NCBI GenBank assembly: GCA_038321865.1
Contig: JBBQFH010000008.1
Coordinates: forward strand, 32,001 to 96,000
Source: Gemmatimonadales bacterium
GTDB taxonomy: Bacteria; Gemmatimonadota; Gemmatimonadetes; Gemmatimonadales; GWC2-71-9
DNA length: 64,000 bases
Reading direction: 5' to 3'
Shown: one piece after another, positions 48,926-58,793 of the stretch
Position numbering within the stretch: the stretch's first letter is position 1
Layout of the letters: each line of letters begins with the position of its first letter
Notes under the pieces: generated by a model
What the model saw: only the letters and a program-made list of their open reading frames with translations
Databases searched by the model: none
What the model was told of the DNA's origin: nothing
Made by a program: the position numbers and the translations under genes

Positions 48926-49563
48926 GCGGACCTCCCGGAGCCATCGGCGGCCAGCCAGACCTGCGCCACAGCGACGTCTCCCGGGGTGAGCTGGTGTCCC
49001 GCATTCTCCCAGTGAAGGGTGACGTCCGCTCCGCCCGCCGCGAGCAGTGTGGCGAGTTGCTCGGCCTGTGCCGGCGCCATGAGCGGATCGGCCCGACCCG
49101 ACAGGAGCAGCACCCGGACGGCATGGAGCTCCGCCACGGACTCGGGCACCAGCGGCACCATGGCCCGGATGAGCACCGCCTGCTGGACCGGCTGCGGGCG
49201 GAGCAGCAGCAGCGCGGCCGCGATGTTGGCCCCATTGGAGAAGCCGACCGCCACCACCCGCTCACGGTCGAACTGGTAGACCGCCGACGCATGATCGATG
49301 AAATCGGCGAGCCCCGCAGTCTGCCGCCGAATGTCGGGCTCGTCGAACACCCCTTCGGCGAGGCGCCGGAAGAACCTCGGCATCCCCTGCTCCAGCACCC
49401 GGCCGCGGGGGCTGAGCAGCGCGGCGCCCGGCAGCAGCGCCTGTCCCAGCGGGATCAGATCGTTCTCGTCGCCACCGGTGCCGTGCAGCAGCAGCACCGT
49501 GCGGGACTCGCCGGGTTGCCCCGGCACGAAGCGATGGACGAATCCCAGATCCACCTCGGTCAT
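48922..49563 (-). CDS. Alpha/beta hydrolase, phospholipase/carboxylesterase (MhqD-like)
   Basis: LLHGTGGDE, RFFRR, GFSNGANIA, DP, GH catalytic motifs; ATG 49563 after GGAGG. Confidence 0.88.
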   Translation of the reverse strand: MTEVDLGFVHRFVPGQPGESRTVLLLHGTGGDENDLIPLGQALLPGAALLSPRGRVLEQGMPRFFRRLAEGVFDEPDIRRQTAGLADFIDHASAVYQFDRERVVAVGFSNGANIAAALLLLRPQPVQQAVLIRAMVPLVPESVAELHAVRVLLLSGRADPLMAPAQAEQLATLLAAGGADVTLHWENAGHQLTPGDVAVAQVWLAADGSGRSA

Positions 49564-49780
49564 GGTCGCCTCCCGGCCGACCGTCGGGCAGGGGGGTCGG
49601 CAAGGCCGGTGCTCCCGGACGTGCAGACGCACGTAACCCGTAGCGCTAGATAGGGATCCGTCAGCAATGCCCCGATGCCGACCGTCGGCAGCAGACGCGG
49701 GAGGAGGGTCATGAAGGCTCGTAAAGGGTCGGGATACGATTAACTTAGCTGGGCTCAGGACTTGCGCCCAGATGGTTCAG

Positions 49781-49823
49781 TGTGACATTACTCACGGTCC
49801 CCAGACGGGGTTGATGCCATAAT
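49781..49823 (+). promoter_or_regulatory. CRP-family site plus extended -10 promoter of the ompA-like gene
   Basis: TGTGA-CATTAC-TCACG (49781-49796) and TG-C-CATAAT (49815-49823). Confidence 0.55.
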
Positions 49824-49898
49824 GTGCGCGTTAGCAGGTCTAAAATCCTGGCGGCCCGTGGCCGGCCGGGACTTGTCCCACCCCATCCGTGGAGTTAC

Positions 49899-51236
49899 AT
49901 GATGAAGTTTCGCGCTTTCGTACTGCCTTGCCTGCTGTCAGCGGGGTTGCTCGTGCCGGCTGCCCAGGCCCAGCGTGGGGGTACAGTTGAATTCGGACTG
50001 TACGCTCGCAAGAACTGGTTCGGTCAAAGCTACGGTCTTCACCAGACGGCGGGAGGCGGCGCGCGACTCGGCTTCTTCCTGGTTCGTGGGCTCGAGCTCG
50101 AGGCCAACGCCGCCTACACGCCGACACGCCTTCTCGGCAGCGAAGAGCAGATCCGGGCGATGCGGCTCAACGGCCTGCTGAGCTACAGCATCCCGCTGAG
50201 CGACCATGCCGCGTTCATCCTCGGCGGCGGGTATACGTACGACAAATACAAGTTCCGTCAGCTGGGCACGGGGCAGAAGTTCGTGTCCTACGGACATGAC
50301 ACCGGACCGTCGGGCCTGCTCGGCCTGCGCCTCGGTCTCGGCGGGAATCTGTCGATCCGGCTCGACGCGACGGTCGATCAGATCACCAAGACGGATACGC
50401 TGCTCGCCTACAACATCAAGAAGGACCAGCACTGGGGTGCCCAGGCCGGTCTCTCCTTCCTGTTCGGCAACCGCGGCGAAGGCTTCAAGGGCGGCAAGGA
50501 CGCTGATGGCGACGGCGTGATGGACAGCGCCGACCAGTGCCCGGACACGCCGAAGGGCACGCAGGTCAACAGCTCGGGTTGCCCGATGGTCGCGACCCCG
50601 GTCATGAATGCCGATTCGATGCGGCTCGCGGCCCAGGCCGACTCGATGCGGATGAAGATGCACGCTGATTCCGTCGCCGCGCAGATGCGTGCGGATTCGA
50701 TGGCGGCCGAAGCGGCGCGCATGAAGGCCCAGAAGGACAGCATGGATGCGGCAGTCGCTGCCAACGAGGCCCGGATTTCGGCTCTCGAGGACAGCCTCAA
50801 GTCGGCTCGTGGTGCGGCGCTCCGCGCTTCGCTGCGTGACTCGCTGGCCGCGGCCCGGATGCGTGACAGCCTGCGCATTCTCATGGCCACGCCGAATGCC
50901 AAGCTGATCCTGCAGGGCGTGAACTTCGCGACCAACTCCTCGAAGCTGACGCAGAGCTCCGAGTTCATCCTGAACGAAGTGGCCAAGTCGCTCGTGGACA
51001 ACCCGAACGTCCGGGTACGCGTCGGCGGTCACACGGACAATACCGGCTCGCGGGCGCTGAACGAGCGGCTGTCACAGGCTCGTGCCGAATCGGTCAAGCA
51101 GTATCTCACCGACCACGGCGTCGCGGCGGATCGCATGGAAGCCCAGGGCTTTGCCTGGGACCAGCCGGTTGCCTCGAACAAGACGGTTACCGGGCGGGCT
51201 CGTAACCGCCGGACGCAGCTTGACCGCCTGAACTAG
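49899..51236 (+). CDS. OmpA family protein: beta-barrel, TSP3-like repeat, DS-rich helical linker, OmpA peptidoglycan-binding domain
   Basis: Signal peptide; DADGDGVMDSADQCPDTP; GHTDNTG, NERLSQARA, GRARNRR. Confidence 0.92.
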   Translation: MMKFRAFVLPCLLSAGLLVPAAQAQRGGTVEFGLYARKNWFGQSYGLHQTAGGGARLGFFLVRGLELEANAAYTPTRLLGSEEQIRAMRLNGLLSYSIPLSDHAAFILGGGYTYDKYKFRQLGTGQKFVSYGHDTGPSGLLGLRLGLGGNLSIRLDATVDQITKTDTLLAYNIKKDQHWGAQAGLSFLFGNRGEGFKGGKDADGDGVMDSADQCPDTPKGTQVNSSGCPMVATPVMNADSMRLAAQADSMRMKMHADSVAAQMRADSMAAEAARMKAQKDSMDAAVAANEARISALEDSLKSARGAALRASLRDSLAAARMRDSLRILMATPNAKLILQGVNFATNSSKLTQSSEFILNEVAKSLVDNPNVRVRVGGHTDNTGSRALNERLSQARAESVKQYLTDHGVAADRMEAQGFAWDQPVASNKTVTGRARNRRTQLDRLN

Positions 51237-51259
51237 ACGGTCCGCTCTACGGAAGACGG

Positions 51260-51302
51260 CGCCGCGCACGATCCCTCGGGATCGGGCGCGGCGTTCTTCT
51301 TT
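51260..51302 (+). terminator. Rho-independent terminator
   Basis: CGCCGCGCACGATCC-CTCG-GGATCGGGCGCGGCG stem (one mismatch) followed by TTCTTCTTT. Confidence 0.8.
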
Positions 51303-51397
51303 GGGCTGTCGCTGGCCGCGCGCCGCTGCGCCGCTTACCTTAACTGCCACGATCTTCGCCCGTCCCGGTGCCACCGCCCCAAATTCAGGAGAGTGCT

Positions 51398-52693
51398 ATG
51401 CGGCGTCGTTCCGTTGCCTTTGCGACGGCCCTCGCGTGCCTGACCGCCGGCTCGGCTGCCGCGCAGGACGCCGGAACCGTCGAGCTAGGCGTGTTTGGCC
51501 GGTACACCAGCTTTTCGTCGAGCGGCGTTCCGCTGACCAACTATGCCGGCATCGGATTCCGCGCCGGATACTTTCTGTCACCCATGCTTTCCCTCGAGGC
51601 TGACGTCTCGCGCACCCGGAGCCACAACCGGTTCGCCAATGCCGGCTGGGTGACGTACTACCCGTATCATCTTCGCGGCGTCGTCCACCTTCCGTTCAGC
51701 AACCGCCTCAGCGGCATGCTGGGCCTCGGCCCGGTCATCAACAGCTACCGGCGGTCAGGGCACGACAGCGATCTCGGCATCGGTGGGCTGGCGGGAGTGC
51801 GGATCGGCCTCACGCGGATGATCGCGCTGCGGCTGGACGCCACCGCGGATTACGCCCTGCACCGGGCGACGGGCGGCGATCGCTACTGGAATTTCGGAAC
51901 GCAGGCCGGCATCAGCGTGCTGCTCGGCACGAAACGCGGGGAGAGTGGCGCGGCGGATGCGGACGGCGACGGGATCAGCAATGCGCTCGACCGGTGCCCG
52001 GGCTCGCCGGCCGGTAGCGCAGTGGACCCGAGCGGCTGCACCCAGCGTGCCGATACCGACCGGGACGGCGTGATCGACATCAACGATCTCTGCCCCAACA
52101 CGCCGAGCGGCGCGAAGGTAGACGCCAACGGGTGCTCCGGCACCGAGCCGAAGGACCAGGGAAACGCGGCGGCTCCCGCGGCCGGATCCACGGCGGACAG
52201 CGACAACGACGGCATCATGGACTCGGCAGACAAGTGCCCGAACACGCCCGCGGGCCAGCACGTGGACACGAATGGCTGCGCGATGGGCATGGATGCCGAC
52301 GGGGACGGGGTCATGGATGACCGGGACCGCTGCCCGAGCAGCCGCCCCGGTGAGGCGGTGGATGCGACCGGCTGCCGGGCGATATTCGCGGCGGGACAGA
52401 CGGTCATGGCGGTCGAGGACGTAACCTTCGAGCACGGCGGCAGCACCCTGACCGATCGGGCCCGGCAGACGCTGTATCAGGTGGCGCAGTCGCTGGCCGC
52501 ACACGCCGCAACGGCAGTCGAGGTCGCCGGCTTCGGCGACGCCGCAGGCGACACCCAGCTGGGCCAGGCACGCGCCGACACGGTGCGGGCCTACCTGATG
52601 CAGAACGGCGTCGCCGAGGCACAGCTCACCGCGAAGGGCTACGCTCCGGCTGAGCCCGCGGCGGCGGGACGGATCGAGCTCCGACAGAAGTAA
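51398..52693 (+). CDS. OmpA family protein with four TSP3-like repeats and a degenerate OmpA domain
   Basis: RBS AGGAG; signal peptide; four DxDxDGxxDxxDxCP-like units; GFGD...LGQARA. Confidence 0.85.
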   Translation: MRRRSVAFATALACLTAGSAAAQDAGTVELGVFGRYTSFSSSGVPLTNYAGIGFRAGYFLSPMLSLEADVSRTRSHNRFANAGWVTYYPYHLRGVVHLPFSNRLSGMLGLGPVINSYRRSGHDSDLGIGGLAGVRIGLTRMIALRLDATADYALHRATGGDRYWNFGTQAGISVLLGTKRGESGAADADGDGISNALDRCPGSPAGSAVDPSGCTQRADTDRDGVIDINDLCPNTPSGAKVDANGCSGTEPKDQGNAAAPAAGSTADSDNDGIMDSADKCPNTPAGQHVDTNGCAMGMDADGDGVMDDRDRCPSSRPGEAVDATGCRAIFAAGQTVMAVEDVTFEHGGSTLTDRARQTLYQVAQSLAAHAATAVEVAGFGDAAGDTQLGQARADTVRAYLMQNGVAEAQLTAKGYAPAEPAAAGRIELRQK

Positions 52694-53570
52694 TCATGAC
52701 GACCGCCGCGACGATGATCGCCGCGGCGATGAGGGTTCGGGCGCTCAAGGGCTCGCCGGCGAGCGCCCAGCCGAGGATGACTGCGACGGCCGGATTGACG
52801 TAGGCATAGGTGGACACTCGGGCCGGCGTCGAGACGCCGAGCAGCCACACGAAGGCCGTGAACGCGATCAACGACCCGAAGACGATGAGGTACAGCATCG
52901 CCAGCGCCGACCGGAGTGTCACTCCGGCCGGTGCGAACGCGGCAAGCTCTCCCGACACCAGCCCGCCCAGCAGCAAGCCGACACCTCCGCTCAGCATCTC
53001 CATCGCCGTCGCCAGCTGTGGTGAGCGGGGCAATGGCGCGCGCTTCGAGTAGACCGAGCCGACCGACCAGGCGATCGACCCGAACGTGAGCGCCATGGCG
53101 GCCACCGGGTCGATTCTCGCCCCGCCCGCGATCCGTCCCGGCGCCACCAGCAGCGCGACGCCCCCGAGCCCGACCAGCAGCCCGACTACGACTCCGCCGG
53201 TCGGCCGATGCCCGCCGGGCCGAATCCACTCCACCACCACTGTCCAGACCGGAACGGTCGCCACCACCAGGGCGACGAGACCCGACGGCACCCGCTGCTC
53301 CGACCACACCACGGCACCGTTGCCGAAGGTCAGGAGGAGCGCCCCGATTGCGGCCGCGCCAAGCCAGTTTCGCCGGGTGGGCGCCGGTACGCCGCGGGCT
53401 CGGGCCCATATGAACAACACGGCGCCCGCGATGATGAATCGCGTCCCCGCCATCAGGAATGGCGGCAGGGTGTCGATGGCGAGCCGGATGGCGAGGTAGG
53501 TGGAGCCCCAGATCAGATAGATCGCCGCGAAGGCGGCGATCACGCGAGCGCGGCTGGGGCTGCTTGGCAT
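52626..53570 (-). CDS. EamA/DMT family transporter (YedA-like)
   Basis: YLIWGSTYLAI, STYAYVNPAVAV; about 10 TM helices. Confidence 0.9.
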   Translation of the reverse strand: MPSSPSRARVIAAFAAIYLIWGSTYLAIRLAIDTLPPFLMAGTRFIIAGAVLFIWARARGVPAPTRRNWLGAAAIGALLLTFGNGAVVWSEQRVPSGLVALVVATVPVWTVVVEWIRPGGHRPTGGVVVGLLVGLGGVALLVAPGRIAGGARIDPVAAMALTFGSIAWSVGSVYSKRAPLPRSPQLATAMEMLSGGVGLLLGGLVSGELAAFAPAGVTLRSALAMLYLIVFGSLIAFTAFVWLLGVSTPARVSTYAYVNPAVAVILGWALAGEPLSARTLIAAAIIVAAVVMITSVGARSVPPPRAQPERSPSR

Positions 53571-53616
53571 GCGACAAGATAATGGCGGCGGGCTCCGGGG
53601 CGTCGTAGCTTGCGTG

Positions 53617-54969
53617 ATGCCCTCTCCAACCGCGGCTCCCGCCGGCTACGCCCGGCGCGTCGGCCTGTTTTCCGGTGTGATGATGGTGATCGGAGGCATC
53701 ATCGGCTCCGGCATCTTCCGCAATCCGCAGGTGGTCGCCCAGCGGGTGCACACGCCGCTGCTCACGCTCGGCGTCTGGGTGGTCGGCGGGGTGATCGCAC
53801 TCATCGGCGCATTCGTCTACGGGGAACTCGGCGCGCGCTTCCCGCGGGCCGGCGGCGGCTACGTCTACATCCGTGACGCCTACGGGACGCTGCCCGCATT
53901 CCTGTACGCGTGGGCGCTGCTGCTGATGGTCGCGACCGGGGCGATCGCCGCCGTCGCGGTGACGTTCGCCAACTACTTCATCGAGCTGACCGGCCTGGCC
54001 GTGCCGGCCAACCTGCTGGCGGGCGGCGCCATCGTTCTCCTGTCCATCGTCAACTACGTCGGTGTGCGACCCGGCGCGATCACCCAGAACATCTTCACCG
54101 TGCTGAAGCTGGCCGCACTCACGGTGGTGATCGGAGCCGGGATCGCCGCCGCGGCGCACCTCATCCCGCTGGCGCCGATGGTCATGGCGCCCACCAGCGC
54201 GCCCGGCTCTCCCGTGCTGGCGCTGGCAGCGGCGCTGGTGCCGGTCCTCTTCTCCTATGGCGGGTGGCAGCAGACGAATTACATCGCCGAGGAGATCATC
54301 GATCCGGAGCGGAACCTGCCCCGCGCACTGATGATCGGCGTGGTGGGCGTCGTCATCGTATATCTGCTCGCGAACTACACCTACATCGCGACACTCGGCG
54401 CGGCCGGTCTGGCGAGCAGTGAGGCACCGGCGGCCGCGGCGATGGGCCGCCTGCTCGGGCCGGCCGGGCGGAAGTTCATCGCCGCGGGGATCGTGGTCTC
54501 GACGTTCGGCTTCCTGAATCTGGTCATCCTGGTGTCGCCGCGCGTGTACCAGGCGATGGCGGCGGACGGCCTCTTCTTCCCGCAGCTGGCGAAGCTTCAC
54601 CCGACGTACCGCACCCCCGGCGCCGCCATCATCGTCCAGTGCATCTGGGCCATGATCCTGCTCGGCCTCGGTACCTATGGCGCGCTGCTCGACTACGTGG
54701 TGTTCGCCGACTGGATCACCTTCGCCGCGACGGCGTCGACGCTCTTCGTCTACCGGGCGCGCGAGCGCCGGTCTGGCACCAGTAATCCGGCCACCTTCCG
54801 CACCTTCGGCTACCCGGTCACGCCCCTGCTCTTCATCGCGGCGGGTGTGTACGTGGTGATCGGGTCGATCGCATCGAATCCGGCAAATGCACTCAAGGGG
54901 TCCGCGCTGCTCGCGGCGGGCGTCCCGGTGTACCTGTTCTGGAAGGCCCGCTCAGCCAGGGCCGGCTAG
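53617..54969 (+). CDS. APC family amino acid permease
   Basis: GGIIGSGIF, ELGARFPRAGGGY, FSYGGW, EEI..PERNLP, GYPVTP. Confidence 0.92.
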   Translation: MPSPTAAPAGYARRVGLFSGVMMVIGGIIGSGIFRNPQVVAQRVHTPLLTLGVWVVGGVIALIGAFVYGELGARFPRAGGGYVYIRDAYGTLPAFLYAWALLLMVATGAIAAVAVTFANYFIELTGLAVPANLLAGGAIVLLSIVNYVGVRPGAITQNIFTVLKLAALTVVIGAGIAAAAHLIPLAPMVMAPTSAPGSPVLALAAALVPVLFSYGGWQQTNYIAEEIIDPERNLPRALMIGVVGVVIVYLLANYTYIATLGAAGLASSEAPAAAAMGRLLGPAGRKFIAAGIVVSTFGFLNLVILVSPRVYQAMAADGLFFPQLAKLHPTYRTPGAAIIVQCIWAMILLGLGTYGALLDYVVFADWITFAATASTLFVYRARERRSGTSNPATFRTFGYPVTPLLFIAAGVYVVIGSIASNPANALKGSALLAAGVPVYLFWKARSARAG

Positions 54970-56033
54970 CCCTTCCCGTCGCGCTTCGTCCGCCTCCATC
55001 CCCCTCCTCCGCGGGCGACTGGAGGCTCTTCCTCGACGGGCTCATCGGCCAGATACTCGGCCTGGTACATCCGGATCAGCTCGAAGAAATAGGAGATGGC
55101 GAGCGGGCCGATCAGCAGGCCCAGCAGCCCGAAGTACTTGATGCCGCCGAAGGCGCCGATCACCGTGATGAACGGGTGAATCTGGGCGTAGCGCCGGAAA
55201 ACCCACGGGCGGATGAGGTTGTCGATGTTGCCGATGACGATCAGGCCCCAGAGGCCGAGGCCGACCGCTCCGAGATAGCGGCGCTCGAGCGCCAGGACAA
55301 CGACTCCCGGGACCCACACGAGACCGCTGCCCACCACCGGCAGAATCGCGACGATGACGGTCACCACTCCCCAGAAAATCGCATTGGAGAGCCCCGTCGC
55401 CCAGAAGGCGAGGCCGACGCAGACCCCCTGCACGGTCGCGGTGGCGAAGGTGCCGATGAGCGTGGAGACCGTCACGTCCTTGAAGCGGCGCTTGAGCACG
55501 GCGCTGTTCTCGGCGGAGAACGGAATGAAGGGCCGCAGCGTGCGCCACGTGCGACCCGGCTCGCAGAGCAGGTAGTAGAGGCCGAAGAAGGCGACGGTAA
55601 GCTGGATGCCCAGACGTGCGAGCGTCCCGATGAGGCCGAGCGCACCGGTGCCGACCCACGACAGCGCGCGCGATCCCAGCGCTTCGATCTGCGACCCGAC
55701 GTCGTAGGGGCCCACTCTCAGCTCGCGAAGCCGATCCACCAGCGAGCTCCGGATGACCCCACCGGCGATGTCCTGCGCCTCGCTGGCGATCAACCCCGCC
55801 ATCGACGCCACCGGCACGACGATCACGAGAATGGCAGCGAGGATCGTGATCCCCGCGGCCACTCCGGCGGGCATATAGGCCGCCAGCCGTCGATGGAGGG
55901 GGGCGAAGCAGATATACAGCACCGGCGCGCCCACGAGGCCGGTGCTGAAGGGCCACAGGGCAAACGCCAGCCCGAGGCCGAGCAGGAAGATGACGAACGC
56001 GGCCCGATGCTGTTTGGTGTCGAAGAGCGCCAT
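54966..56033 (-). CDS. AI-2E family transporter
   Basis: LPVVGSGLVWVP, DNLIRP, GGIKYFGLLGLLIGP. Confidence 0.9.
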   Translation of the reverse strand: MALFDTKQHRAAFVIFLLGLGLAFALWPFSTGLVGAPVLYICFAPLHRRLAAYMPAGVAAGITILAAILVIVVPVASMAGLIASEAQDIAGGVIRSSLVDRLRELRVGPYDVGSQIEALGSRALSWVGTGALGLIGTLARLGIQLTVAFFGLYYLLCEPGRTWRTLRPFIPFSAENSAVLKRRFKDVTVSTLIGTFATATVQGVCVGLAFWATGLSNAIFWGVVTVIVAILPVVGSGLVWVPGVVVLALERRYLGAVGLGLWGLIVIGNIDNLIRPWVFRRYAQIHPFITVIGAFGGIKYFGLLGLLIGPLAISYFFELIRMYQAEYLADEPVEEEPPVARGGGGWRRTKRDGKG

Positions 56034-56162
56034 GCGGTAGTCTAGGTCCGGTCGGGTCCCCCCGCCAGCGCCCTACTGGATAGACGCGGGAGCCGGGCAT
56101 ACCTTTATCGCCTCGCCCATGATCAGACTTGGCAGGTGGCTCTTCCGGGAGCCGTGACGTAT

Positions 56163-58793
56163 ATGCAATGGCCGTCCGAACTCAGCTTCGTCGCCATCGC
56201 CTCCGCCGGAGGACTCCTTGCCCTGGGGTTCCTGCTGCGGAGCGAAGTGGCGCGCCGGCGCGAGAAGGAAATCGAGGCGCGCCGGCACGACCGCCAGCTG
56301 CGGAGCCTGACCGGCGCCCTGCGCGAGGCCATCGTCGCCTACGATCTCGACCTCCGGCTGCAGTTCGTCAATCCTGCCTTCACGACCGTCACCGGCTACG
56401 GCACCGAGGAGCTGCGCGAGCGCAACTTCATCGACTATGTCCACCCCGATGACCGTATCACCGTTACCGCCGAGCGCGAGTCGCTGGCCCGTGACGGGCT
56501 TCCCGTCGATCAGGAGTACCGGATCATCACCAAGGACGGCCGCGAGCGCTGGGTCTCGAGCACCTGGCAGGTGATGCGGGGAGACGACGACAAGCCGGTC
56601 GGTTATCTCGGCACCGAGCTCGACATCACGTCGCGGAAGCGCGGGCAGGAACGCCTCCTCGACGATGCCGAGCTGTTTCAGGCGGTCATGGAAGTGCAGC
56701 AGGCGGTCGCTGCCGCCGGACTCGACTCTGCCACCGTGATGCGCGTGATCGCCGAGCGGAGCCAGGCGCTCACCAGCGCGGTCGGCGCCGTGGTCGAGAT
56801 GATCCACGCGGACGAGGCCGTGCCCCGCGTGGCCGTCGGGGTTCACGCGCCCACGCTCAAGCTGCGCGGCAGCCTCTCCGGTGCCTCGATCCTCAGCGGC
56901 GAGCTGCAGCGGACCGACGACGCCTCGGCCGATGCGCGGGAGGATCCGGACAACTTCCAGCGCCACGGCATGAAATCCATCGTCGCCGTGCCGCTCAAGT
57001 CCGACGGCCGGGTGCTCGGCGTGCTGAAGGTCGTGTCTCCTGAGGCGCAGGCCTTCAGCGACCGGGACGCCCGGGCGCTTGCGCTGCTTGCCGGGATGAT
57101 GGGATCGGCGGTGAGCCACGCCGCCGCGTTCGAGGGCCGGCAGCATCGGCTCGAGGAGCGGACGCGAGCGCTGCAGGAGAGTGAGCAGCGCTTCAAGCAG
57201 CTGGTCGATGCGGCCCAGGAAGGGATCTGGGTGGTGGACGACCGTGGCGCCACCACCTACGCCAATCAGCGAATGGCCGACCTGCTCGGACACGCGCACG
57301 GTGAGCTGACCGGCCGTCTGATATTCGACTTCCTGGATCCGCCGGCCCGCGCCGATGCCCAGCGCCAGTTCAGCCACGCACCGGGCGAGCTCCGGCTTCC
57401 GCGCGACCTGCGCTTCCGCCGTCGCGACGGCGTCGAGCTGTGGGCCACGGTCGCGACCAATCCGATCATCGGGCGTGACGGCGAATTCGTCGGCACTGTC
57501 GCCATGGTGAGCGACGTGACCGAACGGAAGCGCGCCGAGGACCGTCTCAGGCGGACCGCCGAACGGCTGCGTGCCTTGCACGAGCTCGACCAGGCGGTGC
57601 TTTCGGCGGGCTCCCCGGCTGAAGTCGGCGCCGCGGCCCTGTCCCACCTCCGCCGCCTGGTACCCTGCCACCGGTGCAGCGTCGTGCTCTACGACTTCCA
57701 CGGCGCGAGGGCACAGATCGTCGCGGGGTACGCCGGCGATGCCGTGCTCGGACCCGAGATCATCCCGCTCGCCGATTTTTCCTCCGTCGAGACGCTGCGG
57801 CGCGGCGCCGTGCGCCAGATCGACGACATCACGCTGCTCCCCCACCAGCCGGCGGTGATCGAGCGAATTTCGGCGGCGGGAGTCCGCGCGCTGTTGTCCG
57901 TACCCTTGCTGGTCGAAGGCGAGGCGATCGGCGAGCTGAACATCGGCGCGGCCACCAGCGGGGGACTCAGCAGCGAGCACCGGGAGATTGCGCTCGAGGT
58001 CGCCACGCCGCTGGCGACCGCGATCCAGCAGGCGCGGCTCCGCGAGGAGGTCGCCCGGCACACCGTGGAACTCGAGGCGCGCGTCGCGGAACGGACATCC
58101 GCGCTTCGGGAAGCCAACGAAGAGCTGGAAGCCTTCTCGTACTCCGTCTCGCACGACCTTCGCGCCCCCATTCGGCATCTTGGAGGTTTCGCCCAGCTGC
58201 TGCTCGATGAGCACGGCGACGAGCTCGGCGAACGCGCGCGTCACTACGCCGAGCGGATTCGCAGCGGCGCCAGGGAAATGGCGATGCTGGTGGACGACCT
58301 GCTGAACCTGGCCCGTGTCGCCCGGCAGCATCTCGCACGCCAGCGGACCGACCTCACTGCGCTGGTGCGGGATCTCCGGAGCGAGCTGGATCCGAACACC
58401 ACGACCCGCAGCATCGAGTGGGATGTCGGCGATCTCCCGGCGGTGAGCGCCGACCCGGCCCTCATGCGCGTCGCGGTCGGCAACCTGCTCGCCAATGCGG
58501 TCAAGTTCACGGGCCGGCAGGACCATGCCATGATCCGCATCTTCCCCGTCGAGGTTGACGGACAGTCGGGTCTGGGCGTGGAAGACAATGGCGTCGGCTT
58601 CGGCATGGCGAACGCCGACCGGCTCTTTGGCGTCTTCGAGCGGCTGCATCACGCCGAGGAATTCGAGGGCACCGGTGTCGGCCTGGCGATCGTGCGCCGA
58701 ATCGCGCAGAAGCATGGCGGCCGCGCGTGGGCCGAGGGCGAGCCCGGGCGCGGCGCCACATTCTATCTGACGGTGGACGATGGCGCCGATTGA
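56163..58793 (+). CDS. Sensor histidine kinase (TM-PAS-GAF-PAS-GAF-HisKA-HATPase)
   Basis: VHPDD, DVTERK, H-box FSYSVSHDLRAP, NLLANAVKFT, DNGVG, GTGVGL. Confidence 0.93.
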   Translation: MQWPSELSFVAIASAGGLLALGFLLRSEVARRREKEIEARRHDRQLRSLTGALREAIVAYDLDLRLQFVNPAFTTVTGYGTEELRERNFIDYVHPDDRITVTAERESLARDGLPVDQEYRIITKDGRERWVSSTWQVMRGDDDKPVGYLGTELDITSRKRGQERLLDDAELFQAVMEVQQAVAAAGLDSATVMRVIAERSQALTSAVGAVVEMIHADEAVPRVAVGVHAPTLKLRGSLSGASILSGELQRTDDASADAREDPDNFQRHGMKSIVAVPLKSDGRVLGVLKVVSPEAQAFSDRDARALALLAGMMGSAVSHAAAFEGRQHRLEERTRALQESEQRFKQLVDAAQEGIWVVDDRGATTYANQRMADLLGHAHGELTGRLIFDFLDPPARADAQRQFSHAPGELRLPRDLRFRRRDGVELWATVATNPIIGRDGEFVGTVAMVSDVTERKRAEDRLRRTAERLRALHELDQAVLSAGSPAEVGAAALSHLRRLVPCHRCSVVLYDFHGARAQIVAGYAGDAVLGPEIIPLADFSSVETLRRGAVRQIDDITLLPHQPAVIERISAAGVRALLSVPLLVEGEAIGELNIGAATSGGLSSEHREIALEVATPLATAIQQARLREEVARHTVELEARVAERTSALREANEELEAFSYSVSHDLRAPIRHLGGFAQLLLDEHGDELGERARHYAERIRSGAREMAMLVDDLLNLARVARQHLARQRTDLTALVRDLRSELDPNTTTRSIEWDVGDLPAVSADPALMRVAVGNLLANAVKFTGRQDHAMIRIFPVEVDGQSGLGVEDNGVGFGMANADRLFGVFERLHHAEEFEGTGVGLAIVRRIAQKHGGRAWAEGEPGRGATFYLTVDDGAD

